Of a DNA stretch of 64,000 nucleotides, positions 1-10,194 are shown piece by piece. The position numbers were made by a program, and so were the translations under genes. The DNA comes from Limosilactobacillus gorillae (lineage in GTDB: Bacteria; Pseudomonadota; Alphaproteobacteria; CAAGCB01; CAG-977), in assembly GCA_963604715.1 (NCBI GenBank), contig CAVCSV010000008.1, forward strand, positions 2,529 to 66,528, written 5' to 3'. The notes under the pieces were generated by a model, which ran no database searches, was not told the DNA's origin, and saw only the letters and a program-made list of their open reading frames with translations. How positions within the stretch are numbered: the stretch's first letter is position 1; every line of letters begins with the position of its first letter.

Positions 1-763
1 GCATGTCGAAGGTTCGATTGACCCCGTGCGCGACGCGGACACGATTGAAACAGAATTGATGCTGGCGGACTTGGACAGCTTGGAACGCCGTATTGTTCCG
101 TTTGAAAAGAAAGCGCGCGCGGGCGAAAAAGAAGGCAAGGAAATGGTCGCCGTCATGCAGCCCGTTCTGGACGCTCTGCGCAGCGGCAAACCCGCCCGCA
201 CCGTCCAATTTGAAGACGAAGAACAAAAAAAGATTTACAAACAGCTGTTTTTACTGACTTCCAAACCCGTTTTGTACGTTTGCAACGTGGACGAAGCATC
301 CGCGGCGACGGGCAACGACTTTTCAAAGCGCGTGTTTGAAATGGCGAAAAAGCAGGGCAACGAAGCCGTTGTCGTATCGGCGGCAATCGAATCCGAAGTC
401 GCTTTACTGGAAGACCCGACGGAACAAAAGGAATTTTTGGAAACGCTGGGGCTGGAGGAAACGGGCTTGAACCGCGTGATTAAAGCGGGCTACAAGCTGT
501 TGGATTTGAAAACGTTTTTCACGGTCGGACCCAAGGAATCCAAAGCGTGGACGATTAAAAACGGCATGACCGCGCCGCAAGCCGCGGGCGTTATCCACTC
601 GGACTTTGAAAAGGGCTTCATCCGCGCGGAAGTCATTTCGTATCAAGACTTTGTGGATTGCCAGAGCGAAGCCAAAGCCCGCGAGTTGGGCAAACTGCGC
701 TCCGAAGGCAAAACATATGTCATGCAGGACGGCGACATTTGCCATTTCCTGTTTAACGTCTAA
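1..763 (+). CDS. ychF: Ribosome-binding ATPase YchF (Obg-family GTPase). The 5' end runs off the window; the reading frame is open from nt 2.
   Basis: The C-terminal half matches YchF (…HVEGSIDPVRDADTIETELMLADL…, TGS domain, ending DGDICHFLFNV). There is no stop upstream in frame to the window edge. Confidence 0.9.
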   Translation, partial: HVEGSIDPVRDADTIETELMLADLDSLERRIVPFEKKARAGEKEGKEMVAVMQPVLDALRSGKPARTVQFEDEEQKKIYKQLFLLTSKPVLYVCNVDEASAATGNDFSKRVFEMAKKQGNEAVVVSAAIESEVALLEDPTEQKEFLETLGLEETGLNRVIKAGYKLLDLKTFFTVGPKESKAWTIKNGMTAPQAAGVIHSDFEKGFIRAEVISYQDFVDCQSEAKARELGKLRSEGKTYVMQDGDICHFLFNV

Positions 764-772
764 GGCTTTTCC

Positions 773-1228
773 ATGCGTCTGGCTTTGTACGAACCCGACA
801 TCCCGCAAAACACGGGGACTTTGCTGCGGTTGGCGGCGTGCTTCAACCTGCCTGTCGATATTATCGAGCCGTGCGGTTTTATTTTCGACGACAAGCGCAT
901 GCGCCGCGCGGGTATGGACTATTTGAATATTGTTGACTACACGCGCCACGATTCGTGGGAAAAGTTTTATGCGCAGCATACGGGACGCATTGTTTTGCTG
1001 ACGACCAAAGGCGCCGAACCGCACCACCGCTTTCAATTCCGGGAATCCGACATTCTGCTGTTGGGACGCGAAAGCGCGGGCGTTCCCGACACCGTTCACC
1101 ATGCCGCGGACGCGCGCCTGCGTATTCCGATGCGGGCGGACACGCGCTCCATTAACGTCGCCATGGCGGGCGCGATTGTTTTAAGCGAAGCTTTGCACCA
1201 AACAGGGCATTTCGACACGCTGGTTTGA
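773..1228 (+). CDS. trmL: tRNA (cytidine/uridine-2'-O)-methyltransferase TrmL (SpoU family)
   Basis: The 151 aa product has the SpoU/TrmL signature (LALYEPDIPQNTGTLLRL, RIPMRADTRSINVAMAGAIVL). Confidence 0.85.
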   Translation: MRLALYEPDIPQNTGTLLRLAACFNLPVDIIEPCGFIFDDKRMRRAGMDYLNIVDYTRHDSWEKFYAQHTGRIVLLTTKGAEPHHRFQFRESDILLLGRESAGVPDTVHHAADARLRIPMRADTRSINVAMAGAIVLSEALHQTGHFDTLV

Positions 1229-1230
1229 AA

Positions 1231-1256
1231 AAAGCCCTCTTTCGAGGGCTTTTAAT
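1231..1256. terminator. Bidirectional rho-independent terminator hairpin between convergent trmL and rho
   Basis: The sequence is aaaGCCCTCtttcGAGGGCtttt: a perfect 6–7 bp GC stem flanked by an A-tract and a T-tract. Confidence 0.6.
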
Positions 1257-1257
1257 T

Positions 1258-2511
1258 TTAAGAGTTCATCGCTTCGAAAAAGTCGTGATTGTTTTTCGAC
1301 TGTTTCAACTTTTCCATTAAAAATTCCATAGCGTCCGCCGCACCCATCGGCATCAGAATACGGCGCAAAACCCACATTTTCGACTGCGTGTTTTTATCGA
1401 CCAGCAATTCTTCCTTGCGCGTGCCAGATTTGGTGATGTCGATTGCGGGGAAAATGCGCTTGTCGGACACTTTGCGGTCCAGAATGATTTCGGAGTTGCC
1501 AGTGCCTTTGAATTCTTCAAAGATGACTTCGTCCATGCGCGATCCCGTGTCAATCAACGCGGTGGCGATAATGGTCAGAGAACCGCCTTCCTCGATATTG
1601 CGCGCCGCGCCGAAAAAGCGTTTGGGACGCTGCAGAGCGTTCGCATCGACGCCGCCCGTCAACACCTTGCCCGAGCTGGGAACAACCGTGTTGTACGCGC
1701 GCGCCAAGCGGGTAATGGAGTCCAGCAGAATGACGACATCGCGCTTGTGTTCGACCAAGCGTTTGGCCTTTTCGATGACCATTTCGGCGACTTGGACGTG
1801 GCGGGACGCGGGTTCGTCAAAGGTCGAGCTGATGACTTCGCCTTTAATCGAACGGCTCATTTCCGTTACTTCTTCGGGGCGTTCGTCGATTAACAGCACA
1901 ATCAGATAGATTTCGGGGTTGTTCTGCGTAATCGCGTGGGCGATGTTTTGCAGCATCACCGTTTTACCCGTGCGGGGCGGGGCGACAATCATGCCGCGCT
2001 GTCCTTTGCCCTGCGGACAAATCAAATCGATAATGCGCGACGTCATGTTTTTGTTGTCCAAATCGTTTTCCATTTTAATCTTTTCCGTCGGATGCAACGG
2101 AGTCAGATTGTCGAAATTGATACGGAAACGAACGTTTTCGGGATCGGTAAAGTTGACTTTTGAAATTTTGGCCAGCGAAAAATACTTTTCCCCGTCTTTG
2201 GGCGCGCGGATTTCACCTTCGACCGTGTCGCCCGTGCGCAAACCGAATTTTTTGACCTGAGAGGGGGCGACATAAATATCGTCCGACCCCGCCAGATAGT
2301 TCGATTGCGGCGAACGCAAAAAGCCGAAACCGTCGGGCATGACTTCGATAACGCCTTCGTCCAGCAAAACTTCGTCGTTTTTGGACACTTGTTTCAAAAT
2401 CGCGAACGTCAAATCCTGCGTGCGCATGGTTGAAGCGTTTTCAACGCCCATTTCTTCAGCCAAGCTTAACAGTTCGGCGGGAGATTTCTTTTTCAAATCT
2501 TTTAAATGCAT
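1258..2511 (-). CDS. rho: Transcription termination factor Rho
   Basis: The 417 aa product has a full-length Rho signature (N-terminal RNA-binding domain, Walker [14 protein letters not shown]-terminal ATPase). Confidence 0.95.
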   Translation of the reverse strand: MHLKDLKKKSPAELLSLAEEMGVENASTMRTQDLTFAILKQVSKNDEVLLDEGVIEVMPDGFGFLRSPQSNYLAGSDDIYVAPSQVKKFGLRTGDTVEGEIRAPKDGEKYFSLAKISKVNFTDPENVRFRINFDNLTPLHPTEKIKMENDLDNKNMTSRIIDLICPQGKGQRGMIVAPPRTGKTVMLQNIAHAITQNNPEIYLIVLLIDERPEEVTEMSRSIKGEVISSTFDEPASRHVQVAEMVIEKAKRLVEHKRDVVILLDSITRLARAYNTVVPSSGKVLTGGVDANALQRPKRFFGAARNIEEGGSLTIIATALIDTGSRMDEVIFEEFKGTGNSEIILDRKVSDKRIFPAIDITKSGTRKEELLVDKNTQSKMWVLRRILMPMGAADAMEFLMEKLKQSKNNHDFFEAMNS

Positions 2512-2668
2512 GAGTGTGTCTGTTGTTTTAAGGGGAAAACAAGCGGGAGTCCGCTTTTGAAAGATGTTTTTATTTATCCGCTTTCCGTTTCGCCGTCAAG
2601 AACAAAAGCGGCGTCAGCCGCGCCTAAAATATTAAATATTAAAAAAAGTAGTAGTGGGTAGTAGAGCC

Positions 2669-2699
2669 TGTGGATAAGTCGGACGCAATTTTATCCACA
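2669..2699. promoter_or_regulatory. Inverted pair of consensus DnaA boxes
   Basis: TGTGGATAA and TTATCCACA are separated by 13 bp and can be read directly from the sequence. Confidence 0.6.
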
Positions 2700-2794
2700 T
2701 CTTTTGAACAAGATTGTTCACGTCAAAGTTATTCGTAATGCGGCTGTTTCCAAAGCAAAGCGACTCGCCGATTCTTTGACGAGTCGAACAACTT

Positions 2795-2812
2795 TGTGGA
2801 TAACGGGGATAA
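2795..2812. promoter_or_regulatory. A DnaA box plus an adjacent degenerate box
   Basis: The sequence is TGTGGATAAcGGGGATAAc. Confidence 0.5.
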
Positions 2813-2948
2813 CTTTTGATTGCCGTTTTGTCCGTTTGCTGAAAAAATTTTACGCACAGACGCATAAAAAGCAGGACAATTTTGCATAAAAGGGATAAAA
2901 CTAAAGAACGGACGATTTTGTCAGACTTATACACAGGAGTTTCGAAAA

Positions 2949-3539
2949 ATGTTGATATTGGCCTCTCAAAGCAAAAGCAGGCAAGAATTGTTGGATGCCG
3001 CAGGGGTTGATTTTACCAGCGTTTCCGCCCAAATCGACGAAGAAGCGATTAAAAGCGAAATGCGTACCGAGGGGGCTTCCGCCAAGGAAACCAGTATGCG
3101 TTTGGCGGTTGAAAAAGCAATGGCGGTATCCGAAAAACATCCGTCGGCGTATGTTATCGGCGCTGATCAGATTTTGGATTTGAAAGGCGAATGGTTTTCC
3201 AAGCCCGAAAACCTCAGCATCGCGCACAAACATTTGAAAAAACTTCGCAACAAAACGCATTTGCTGGTCAACGGCGCAGCGGTCGTCAAAAACAAAAAGG
3301 TGGTTTGGTGCGAAAATTCCGTCGTTCAAGTGACTATGCGCGATTTTTCGGACAACTTCCTTGACGAATATCTGGCGGAAGCGGGCGAGGAGGTCTGCGA
3401 TTCCGTCGGCGCCTATTATTTGGAAGACTTGGGCGCGCAGCTGGTCAAATCGGTCGAGGGCGACTTCTTTTCCGTTTTGGGATTGCCTTTGCTGCCTTTG
3501 CTGGAATGCCTGCGTTCCTGCGGGGAACTGAAAAAATGA
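2949..3539 (+). CDS. maf: Maf-like nucleoside triphosphate pyrophosphatase (septum formation protein Maf)
   Basis: The N-terminus LILASQSKSRQELL and overall Maf family similarity. Confidence 0.85.
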   Translation: MLILASQSKSRQELLDAAGVDFTSVSAQIDEEAIKSEMRTEGASAKETSMRLAVEKAMAVSEKHPSAYVIGADQILDLKGEWFSKPENLSIAHKHLKKLRNKTHLLVNGAAVVKNKKVVWCENSVVQVTMRDFSDNFLDEYLAEAGEEVCDSVGAYYLEDLGAQLVKSVEGDFFSVLGLPLLPLLECLRSCGELKK

Positions 3540-4333
3540 CCAAAGCCGGCGTTATCGGCTTTCCGATTGCCCATTCCAAGTCGCCGCTGATTCATAATTA
3601 CTGGCTGAAAAAGTATGGCATTGACGCGTCGTATGACAAATACGAGGTGCGCGACCTTGCCGACTTTATGAAAAACGCAGGGGATTTTGCGGGATTCAAC
3701 GTAACCGTGCCGCATAAAACGGCGGTTATCCCCTTTATGAACGATTTGTCCGAACAGGCGCGCAAAGCGGGTGCGGTCAATACCGTTGTCGTGTGTTCCG
3801 ACGGCACTTTGTACGGACACAACACGGACGGCATCGGATTTATCGCCAATGTTTTGGCGCACAATCCCGCTTTTCGTTTAAAGGGAAGTGTCGTTACCGT
3901 TTTAGGAACGGGCGGCGCGGCGCGCGGGATTTGCGCGGCAATGACCGAAGCGGCTGAGATTCGCCTTGTTTACCGCACGCTTGAAAAAGCGCAGAGCATC
4001 AAGCAGGCGATAGGCGACAACGTCGTCCTTGTGCCGTGGGCGGAAAAGCAAGCGGTGCTGAAAGACACGGATTTGCTGGCAAACGCGACGACGCTGGGCA
4101 TGAACGGCTTTGACGAACTGGACATGGACTTGACGCCGTTGAAGCCGTCGGCGACGGTTGCGGATTTGGTTTATGCGCCGCTGAAAACGAAGCTGTTGGA
4201 ACAGGCTGAACAAAAGGGCTTTGCGACAGCCGACGGGCTGGGGATGTTGCTGGAGCAGGCGCGCCCCGCTTTTCAAGCGTTTTTCGGCGTTCTGCCCGAA
4301 ATCACGGATGAACTGCGGGCGTTGGTCGCATGA
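3536..4333 (+). CDS. aroE: Shikimate dehydrogenase AroE
   Basis: MTKAGVIGFPIAHSKSPLIHNYW…GTGGAARG (NADP-binding). The start is taken at the ATGA overlap with the maf stop, not at the longer track ORF. Confidence 0.9.
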   Translation: MTKAGVIGFPIAHSKSPLIHNYWLKKYGIDASYDKYEVRDLADFMKNAGDFAGFNVTVPHKTAVIPFMNDLSEQARKAGAVNTVVVCSDGTLYGHNTDGIGFIANVLAHNPAFRLKGSVVTVLGTGGAARGICAAMTEAAEIRLVYRTLEKAQSIKQAIGDNVVLVPWAEKQAVLKDTDLLANATTLGMNGFDELDMDLTPLKPSATVADLVYAPLKTKLLEQAEQKGFATADGLGMLLEQARPAFQAFFGVLPEITDELRALVA

Positions 4334-4905
4334 TAATCGGCTTGACGGGCGCGATGGGCGCGGGCAAAACGACGACGGCGGGCTTGATGACGGAACTGGG
4401 GTGGACTGTTTTTGACGCGGATGCGGAAATCCATGCCCTTATGACGGACAAAGCGGTTGTCGGCTTGTTTGCCGAACAAATTCCGCAAAGCATTGTCGAC
4501 GGTGTTGTCGACCGCGCTGCTTTAAGCCGTTTACTCACCGAAAAACAGTTGACGACGGAACGGCTGGAATCGCTGTTGTATCCATTTTTGCGGCAAAAGG
4601 CGGAAGCTTTCATTGCCGCGAATCCCGACGGTGTTTTGGATGTGCCTTTGTTGTTCGAAGCGGGCTGGGACAAGCTGTGCGGCAAAATCATCTATGTCAC
4701 CGCCGATGCCGCTTTGTTGAAGCAAAGGGTTTTCGCCCGCCCGAATATGACAGAGGAAAAATACAAGGTTTTGACAAGCCGCTTTTGGACCGAGCGGGAA
4801 AAAATTTCGCGCGCCGATTACGTTATTCGCACCGATAACGGCATCCCGCCCGTCAAAGCCCGATTGATACAAATAAAGGAAGAATTATGCGCGAAGTCGT
4901 TTTAG
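4330..4905 (+). CDS. coaE: Dephospho-CoA kinase
   Basis: MIIGLTGAMGAGKTT P-loop and family similarity, with an ATGA overlap with aroE. Confidence 0.9.
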   Translation: MIIGLTGAMGAGKTTTAGLMTELGWTVFDADAEIHALMTDKAVVGLFAEQIPQSIVDGVVDRAALSRLLTEKQLTTERLESLLYPFLRQKAEAFIAANPDGVLDVPLLFEAGWDKLCGKIIYVTADAALLKQRVFARPNMTEEKYKVLTSRFWTEREKISRADYVIRTDNGIPPVKARLIQIKEELCAKSF

Positions 4906-5579
4906 ATACGGAAACAACGGGGCTTGACCCGTACAAAGGGCATCGTTTGGTTTCAATCGGCTGTGTCGAGCTGGAAAACCACATGCCGACGGGCAACAAG
5001 TATTATCAGCTCATCAATCCCGAACGCGACGTGCCCGAAGAAGTCGTCAAAGTTCACGGTTTGACCAACGAGATTTTGGACAAGGAACCGCCGTTTCGGG
5101 ATATTGTGGACGAATTTTTGGCTTTCATCGGGGATTCGCCGCTGGTCATTCACAACGCCGAATTCGATATGAAGTTCATCAATGCGGAACTTTCATGGCT
5201 GAAACGCGATCCGATTCCCATGGACAGGGCAATCGACACGCTGTTGATTGCGCGTCAAAAGTTCCCCGGATCGCGCGTCAATTTGGACGAACTGTGCCGC
5301 CGGTTCGGCGTGGACAACTCCAAACGCACGACGCACGGGGCTTTGCTGGACTCCGAACTGCTCGCCGACGTGTATCTGGAGTTGCTGGGCGGCAAAGAAC
5401 CCGCGTTTTTGTTTGACGACAAAAAGAAAAACGCGCTGGAAATCAAAGCCGCCGAAACGGCGAACACGCAAACGAAAAAGCCCCGGATTGAACCGCGTCC
5501 CCCCGTTTTTTTGGAAGGCGAGCTGGAAAATCACGAGGCTTTCGTCAAAAAGCTGAAAAATCCGATTTGGCTCAGTTGA
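4887..5579 (+). CDS. dnaQ: DNA polymerase III epsilon subunit (3'-5' proofreading exonuclease)
   Basis: Exo I–III motifs (VVLDTETTGL, HNAEFDMKFI, HGALLDSELL). Confidence 0.9.
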   Translation: MREVVLDTETTGLDPYKGHRLVSIGCVELENHMPTGNKYYQLINPERDVPEEVVKVHGLTNEILDKEPPFRDIVDEFLAFIGDSPLVIHNAEFDMKFINAELSWLKRDPIPMDRAIDTLLIARQKFPGSRVNLDELCRRFGVDNSKRTTHGALLDSELLADVYLELLGGKEPAFLFDDKKKNALEIKAAETANTQTKKPRIEPRPPVFLEGELENHEAFVKKLKNPIWLS

Positions 5580-6057
5580 GCGTTTTGTTTTCAGCCGCTT
5601 TCTGTTTCTGCAATTCGGCCAAACGCTGGTGATACAAACCGACAAAATCAATCGGGTTGATCATCAACGGCGGGAACCCGCTTTCACGCGTCAAATCGGC
5701 GATGATGTTGCGCACGAACGGGAACAGCAAGCGCGGAATTTCAATCAGCAAAATCGGTTCGACGTGTTCGGCGGGAACGTTGACCGTCGCCACGCAGCCG
5801 TATTCGACTTCACACAAAAAAGCTACCTTGTCTTCAACCTTGGCTTCGGCTTTAATTTTCAAAGCGACCTGAAACAAAGCGTCCTGCAGTTTGCTTGCCT
5901 GAACGTCGACGGACACCGCGATTTCGGGATTGGCTTTCAATTCCGTGAAAATTTGGGGGACGTGCGGCGCTTCGAACGAAATGTCCTTGACGAATTGCGC
6001 GTTAATTGTGATGGCGGGTTGCTGTTGAGTATTGTTTTCGGTTTGATTTTCGGTCAT
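5572..6057 (-). CDS. secB: Protein-export chaperone SecB
   Basis: The 161 aa product matches the SecB family (ITINAQFVKDISFEAP…). Confidence 0.9.
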   Translation of the reverse strand: MTENQTENNTQQQPAITINAQFVKDISFEAPHVPQIFTELKANPEIAVSVDVQASKLQDALFQVALKIKAEAKVEDKVAFLCEVEYGCVATVNVPAEHVEPILLIEIPRLLFPFVRNIIADLTRESGFPPLMINPIDFVGLYHQRLAELQKQKAAENKTLN

Positions 6058-6131
6058 AGTATTCTCCTGATTTGAAAATTATCCTACTGTATCCCATTCG
6101 GGACGGAATTGAAAGACGGAAGGTTAAAAAT

Positions 6132-6812
6132 ATGCAGCAGTTTCAATTTATGGACCTTGTTTTTCTGGGCATTATCGTTTTGCTGTTGATAAACCGCTTG
6201 CGCAGCGTTTTGGGCACACGCCCCGAAAAGGACGAAACGTCCGAACAGCCGAAAGTCGTGGACATTTCCGAATACAGAACATTGGAAAACGGGACAAACG
6301 TCCGCTTGGAACAGGATTTGAGCGCGGCGGGCGATTTTGAACAGGACGCCGAAATTCTGAAAACCCTGAATAAAATCAAAGAAACGCACCCGACGTTCGA
6401 TTTGGCGGACTTTATGCACAAAGCTCCGCGCGCATTCGAATACATCGCGCAGGCGTTTGCAAAGGGCAACAAAACCGATTTGTCCCCGATGCTGTCGCGC
6501 GACATTTACAAACGTTTCGAAAAAGTTATCGACGACCGCGCGGCGCGCAAAGAAACGGCGGAATTCAGCCTTATCGGCTTTAAAAGCATCAAATTGACGC
6601 AGGCGAATTTAATCGGCAATCTGGTGGAATTGACGGTTGAGTTTGAAACGGAACAAACAAACATTTTGAAAAACGAACAGGGCGAAGTCGTTTTGGGCGA
6701 TCCGACTTACATTGAAACGGTAACGGATGTTTGGACGTTCCGCCGCGATATGAAATCGTCCAGTCCTGTTTGGGTGCTGACGGCAACGCATCACAAAACG
6801 CCCGCAGAATGA
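6132..6812 (+). CDS. Tim44-like domain membrane protein
   Basis: An N-terminal TM helix followed by a Tim44-like C-terminal domain, in the usual alphaproteobacterial position next to secB. The start is taken at MQQFQF because it is preceded by an SD. Confidence 0.7.
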   Translation: MQQFQFMDLVFLGIIVLLLINRLRSVLGTRPEKDETSEQPKVVDISEYRTLENGTNVRLEQDLSAAGDFEQDAEILKTLNKIKETHPTFDLADFMHKAPRAFEYIAQAFAKGNKTDLSPMLSRDIYKRFEKVIDDRAARKETAEFSLIGFKSIKLTQANLIGNLVELTVEFETEQTNILKNEQGEVVLGDPTYIETVTDVWTFRRDMKSSSPVWVLTATHHKTPAE

Positions 6813-7879
6813 ACAGATTTCCTTTTTACTGCTTCATTGTTTCGTTTGCGCTGGCATGCTGGCTGTTCAAGCCCTGCAAACAGCCGCAAACCGCGTGGAC
6901 GCCCGTCGGGTTTGAAGCATTGAACGGATTTGAAGACGATGAAGTGATTCACGCTTTGCCCGCTTTGAAAAAATCGTGCGCCGTTTTGAAAAAACAAACC
7001 GAATGGAAAAAGTTTTGCAAAAAACTGAATAGCAAAAACTTTGAAAATTCGGCGGAACTGCGCGCCTTCATCAAATCGGAGATGCGTCCCTTCGCCGTCG
7101 GGCAAACGGGGTTGTTTACGGGATATTTCAAACCCGAAATCGACGGAGCTTTGGAAAAGACGGACAAATACGCGGTTCCCGTTTTCGGTGTTCCCGCCGA
7201 CATGGTCAAAGTCGATTTGGGAAAATTTTATCCCGAACTGAAAGGCAAAACGATTTTCGGACGCGTGAACAACGGCACGCTTGTTCCGTACTTTACGCGC
7301 CGCGAAATCGAAAACGGCAAAGCCGACGCCGCGGCGGTGGCTTGGGTGGAACACAAAGCCGATTTGTTCACCGCGCAGGTGCAGGGGTCGACCGTTCTTG
7401 TCTTGCCCGACGGGCGGCGGATTTCTTTGCACTTTGCGGGACATAACGGGCATCCTTTTTACGGTATCGGCAGGGATTTAGCGAAAAAAGGCATCCATTC
7501 CATGCAAGCCATCCGCAAATGGCTGATTGAAAATCCGAAACACGGCGAACAGCTGATGCATAAAAACAAACGCTACATCTTTTTCAAAGCGGGCGACGAT
7601 ACGGATGCCATGGGGTCGATGGGCGTTGCTTTGACGCCGCGCAGAAGCTTGGCAGTCGATACGGATTTTATTCCGCTCGGCAGTTTTTTGTGGCTGGACA
7701 CGCTTGCGCCCGACGGTAGTACGCCCTTGCGGCGGCTGATGACCGCGCAGGATACGGGGGCGGCAATCAAAGGCGCGGTGCGCGGCGACTTTTTTTGGGG
7801 AACGGGTGAAAAAGCTTTAAAAGAAGCTGGACGAATGAAGTCAAAAGGGACATATTTCATCTTGAAGCCAAAGGACTGA
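6809..7879 (+). CDS. mltA: Membrane-bound lytic murein transglycosylase A (lipoprotein)
   Basis: MltA family similarity (3D domain region GDTDAMGSMGVALTPRRSLAVD…). The signal peptide ends in the lipobox FALAC. There is an ATGA overlap with the upstream gene. Confidence 0.85.
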   Translation: MNRFPFYCFIVSFALACWLFKPCKQPQTAWTPVGFEALNGFEDDEVIHALPALKKSCAVLKKQTEWKKFCKKLNSKNFENSAELRAFIKSEMRPFAVGQTGLFTGYFKPEIDGALEKTDKYAVPVFGVPADMVKVDLGKFYPELKGKTIFGRVNNGTLVPYFTRREIENGKADAAAVAWVEHKADLFTAQVQGSTVLVLPDGRRISLHFAGHNGHPFYGIGRDLAKKGIHSMQAIRKWLIENPKHGEQLMHKNKRYIFFKAGDDTDAMGSMGVALTPRRSLAVDTDFIPLGSFLWLDTLAPDGSTPLRRLMTAQDTGAAIKGAVRGDFFWGTGEKALKEAGRMKSKGTYFILKPKD

Positions 7880-7882
7880 AAA

Positions 7883-8368
7883 ATGACCAAAACACCCATT
7901 CAACCGCCGACCAGACAGGATTTGCTGATATTCCAAGGGTTGCAGCGCGCGCTTGTCGACAACAAGGCTTTTGTCAAAATCGACTTCAAAGCATTGAACA
8001 AAATCGGTTCGCCGTTTTTCAATCCGTGGGAAAACGTGGTGCCTTTGCTGGTGATTTTGACGCTGTCGCTGGCAACGATGATTGTCGACAATCTGATGAC
8101 GGGAACGGTCGTTTTAACGGTTTTGACTTTGGGATACGCTTTTTTAATGCCGTTTTTTTTGGAACCGTTCATGCAAAACCGTGTGGTCAAACGTGTTGTT
8201 CCCAGAATTGAAAAGTTCTTGATTGCGTGGCGGTACGGCGGGTTTTCGATTTGCCTTTCCGCCGACGCGCGTGTATCTTGCGCCGCGCCGCAGGGCGATT
8301 GGCGGAGTTTTACGGAATCTTATTTTCCCGATTTGATTCCCGCGGACAAGACGGACGCCGAACAATGA
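7883..8368 (+). CDS. Hypothetical small membrane protein
   Basis: The ORF is tightly packed between mltA and smr and has two predicted TM helices (LLVILTLSLATMIV, VVLTVLTLGYAFLM). No family was recognised. Confidence 0.45.
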   Translation: MTKTPIQPPTRQDLLIFQGLQRALVDNKAFVKIDFKALNKIGSPFFNPWENVVPLLVILTLSLATMIVDNLMTGTVVLTVLTLGYAFLMPFFLEPFMQNRVVKRVVPRIEKFLIAWRYGGFSICLSADARVSCAAPQGDWRSFTESYFPDLIPADKTDAEQ

Positions 8369-8886
8369 CCGAAGACAACGATTTGTGGCAAGCCGTCGCC
8401 GAAACGGTGCGTCCTTTGGGGTCGAAACAGCCGCAGCCGAAAGCGAAAACGGTTTCCGTTTCCAAAAAATTGACGCTGAAAATCAAACCCTTGCGCCAAG
8501 AACCGCAGGAAGATTTTACCAAATACAAAGAATTGGAAGCGGGCGACATCGAATTTTTGGACAGGAAAAACGGCTTGCGTTTCCGCAACGGCGAAATGCC
8601 GATGCAGGCGACCCTCGATTTGCATGGTCACACGCTGGAAAGCGGGGAAAAAGCTTTTAAAGACTTTATTGTTTCGGCATCGAAACGGCATTTGCGCTGC
8701 TTGCTGATTATCACGGGACGCGGCGGGTTTTTCGGGCGCGGGGTGTTGCGCGCCGATTTGCCGCGGTGGATTAACTCGCCCGAAGTCAGGGGGTTGATTT
8801 TGGCTTTTGCGCCCGCACAGCCCAAAGACGGCGGCGACGGCGCGTTTTATGTGCTGCTGAAACGTCACAGAAAGGACAGAAGATGA
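8365..8886 (+). CDS. Smr-domain protein
   Basis: C-terminal Smr domain (LDLHGHTLESGEKAFKDFI…LLIITGRG). The start is at MTEDNDLW, not at the longer track ORF. Confidence 0.75.
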   Translation: MTEDNDLWQAVAETVRPLGSKQPQPKAKTVSVSKKLTLKIKPLRQEPQEDFTKYKELEAGDIEFLDRKNGLRFRNGEMPMQATLDLHGHTLESGEKAFKDFIVSASKRHLRCLLIITGRGGFFGRGVLRADLPRWINSPEVRGLILAFAPAQPKDGGDGAFYVLLKRHRKDRR

Positions 8887-10190
8887 ATTCAACCATTTTT
8901 GCGCCTGCAACCGCTCAAGGAAAAGCGGGGGTCGCCATTGTCAGAATTTCGGGACCGAATGCCAAGCTTGCCTGCGAAAAGCTGTGCGGGCTGAAAAATC
9001 CGACTCCGCGCAAAGCGGTTTTCACCAAAATCCATACCGCCGACGGCACGCCGATTGACGATGCTTTGATGCTGTTTTTTCCGCATCCGCACAGCTTTAC
9101 GGGCGAAGACGTGGTTGAATTGCAAACCCATGGTGGACGCGCGATTTTGGCGGCTGTTTTGAAAGAATTGGCGGCGTTGGACGATTTCAGACCCGCGGAC
9201 AGGGGCGAATTCACCCGCCGCGCCGTCGAAAACGGCAAAATGGATTTGACCGCGGCGGAAGGTTTGGCGGATTTGGTCGACGCCGAGACCGAACAGCAGC
9301 GGCGGCAGGCTTTGCGCCAGATGAACGGCGCGCTGGCGGGGCTGTACGACGGCTGGCGCGAAGAATTGGTGCATTTGCTGGCATGGATGGAAGCTTACAT
9401 TGATTTTCCGGAGGAAGAAGTCCCCCCGGAAGTCGCCGATTCAATCCGCACCAAAATCGTCGCTTTGCAAACCAAAATCGGCAATCACCTGAAAGACGGC
9501 CGCCGCGGCGAACGGCTGCGCGACGGCTTTCAAATCGCGATTATCGGCGCGCCGAACGCGGGCAAATCCAGTCTGATGAACAAGCTGGCTCAGCGCGACG
9601 TGGCGATTGTGTCGTCGACGGCGGGGACGACGCGCGACATTATCGAAGTGCGCATGGACATTCGCGGCTATCCCGTCGTTATTGCGGACACGGCAGGGTT
9701 GCGAAAGACCGACGAAGAAATCGAAGCAGAGGGGGTTCGCCGCGCCAAAAAACGCGCCGAGGAAGCCGACCTGATTTTGGCGGTTTATGATGCGTCCGAA
9801 AATCAGAACGATTCCGAAACGAAATCGTTTCAAGGTCGAAACGTTTTGACGGTAATGAATAAAAAAGATAAAGTTTCCAATATGTTGTCGGACGGGCTTT
9901 GGGTGTCGGCAAAGACGGGCGACGGCATTGAAACGCTGTTGGAACGCATCGGAACGTTTGTGGAGGATACCTTGTCGATGCGTGAAGAACCGTCCCTGAC
10001 GCGTGTCCGTCACAGACAATCATTAGAAGAATGTTACGCGCTTTTGACACAATCGCTGACCGCTCCCGCCATTGAATTGACGGCGGAGGATTTGCGGCTG
10101 GCGATGCGGGCACTGGGCAAAATCACGGGACAGGTTCGCGTGGACGAACTGCTGGATATTATTTTCAAAGATTTTTGCATAGGAAAGTAA
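8883..10190 (+). CDS. mnmE: tRNA modification GTPase MnmE (TrmE)
   Basis: G-domain motifs ([16 protein letters not shown]) and the C-terminal CIGK. Confidence 0.95.
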   Translation: MNSTIFAPATAQGKAGVAIVRISGPNAKLACEKLCGLKNPTPRKAVFTKIHTADGTPIDDALMLFFPHPHSFTGEDVVELQTHGGRAILAAVLKELAALDDFRPADRGEFTRRAVENGKMDLTAAEGLADLVDAETEQQRRQALRQMNGALAGLYDGWREELVHLLAWMEAYIDFPEEEVPPEVADSIRTKIVALQTKIGNHLKDGRRGERLRDGFQIAIIGAPNAGKSSLMNKLAQRDVAIVSSTAGTTRDIIEVRMDIRGYPVVIADTAGLRKTDEEIEAEGVRRAKKRAEEADLILAVYDASENQNDSETKSFQGRNVLTVMNKKDKVSNMLSDGLWVSAKTGDGIETLLERIGTFVEDTLSMREEPSLTRVRHRQSLEECYALLTQSLTAPAIELTAEDLRLAMRALGKITGQVRVDELLDIIFKDFCIGK

Positions 10191-10194
10191 GAAA

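Larger units (their letters stand above)
2560..2830. other. Candidate chromosomal replication origin (oriC): a DnaA-box cluster plus an AT-rich tract in the rho–maf intergenic region
   Basis: Perfect DnaA boxes lie at TGTGGATAA 2669-2677 and TTATCCACA 2691-2699 (an inverted pair) and at TGTGGATAA 2795-2803, followed by gGGGATAAC. An AT-rich stretch sits at 2625-2650 (aaaatattaaatattaaaaaaag). The synteny rho | ori | maf-aroE-coaE-dnaQ matches the Caulobacter-type origin region. Confidence 0.5.

Noticed and set aside
404-1102. A 232 aa minus-strand ORF antisense to ychF/trmL. Many similar long antisense ORFs occur elsewhere: 14227-15210 (-), 22327-23796 (-), 28906-30690 (+), 33305-34315 (-), 35629-36867 (-), 40286-41434 (-), 48849-50060 (-), 49666-50811 (-).
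   Set aside because: Each lies entirely inside a well-supported conserved gene on the opposite strand. High GC suppresses stop codons in antisense frames. Their translations are Arg/Ala/Gly-rich low-complexity and carry no family signatures.
2512-2948. Looked for CtrA-type TTAA-N7-TTAA sites in the putative origin
   Set aside because: TTAA motifs are present, but none has the correct 7-nt spacing, so no CtrA regulation is claimed.
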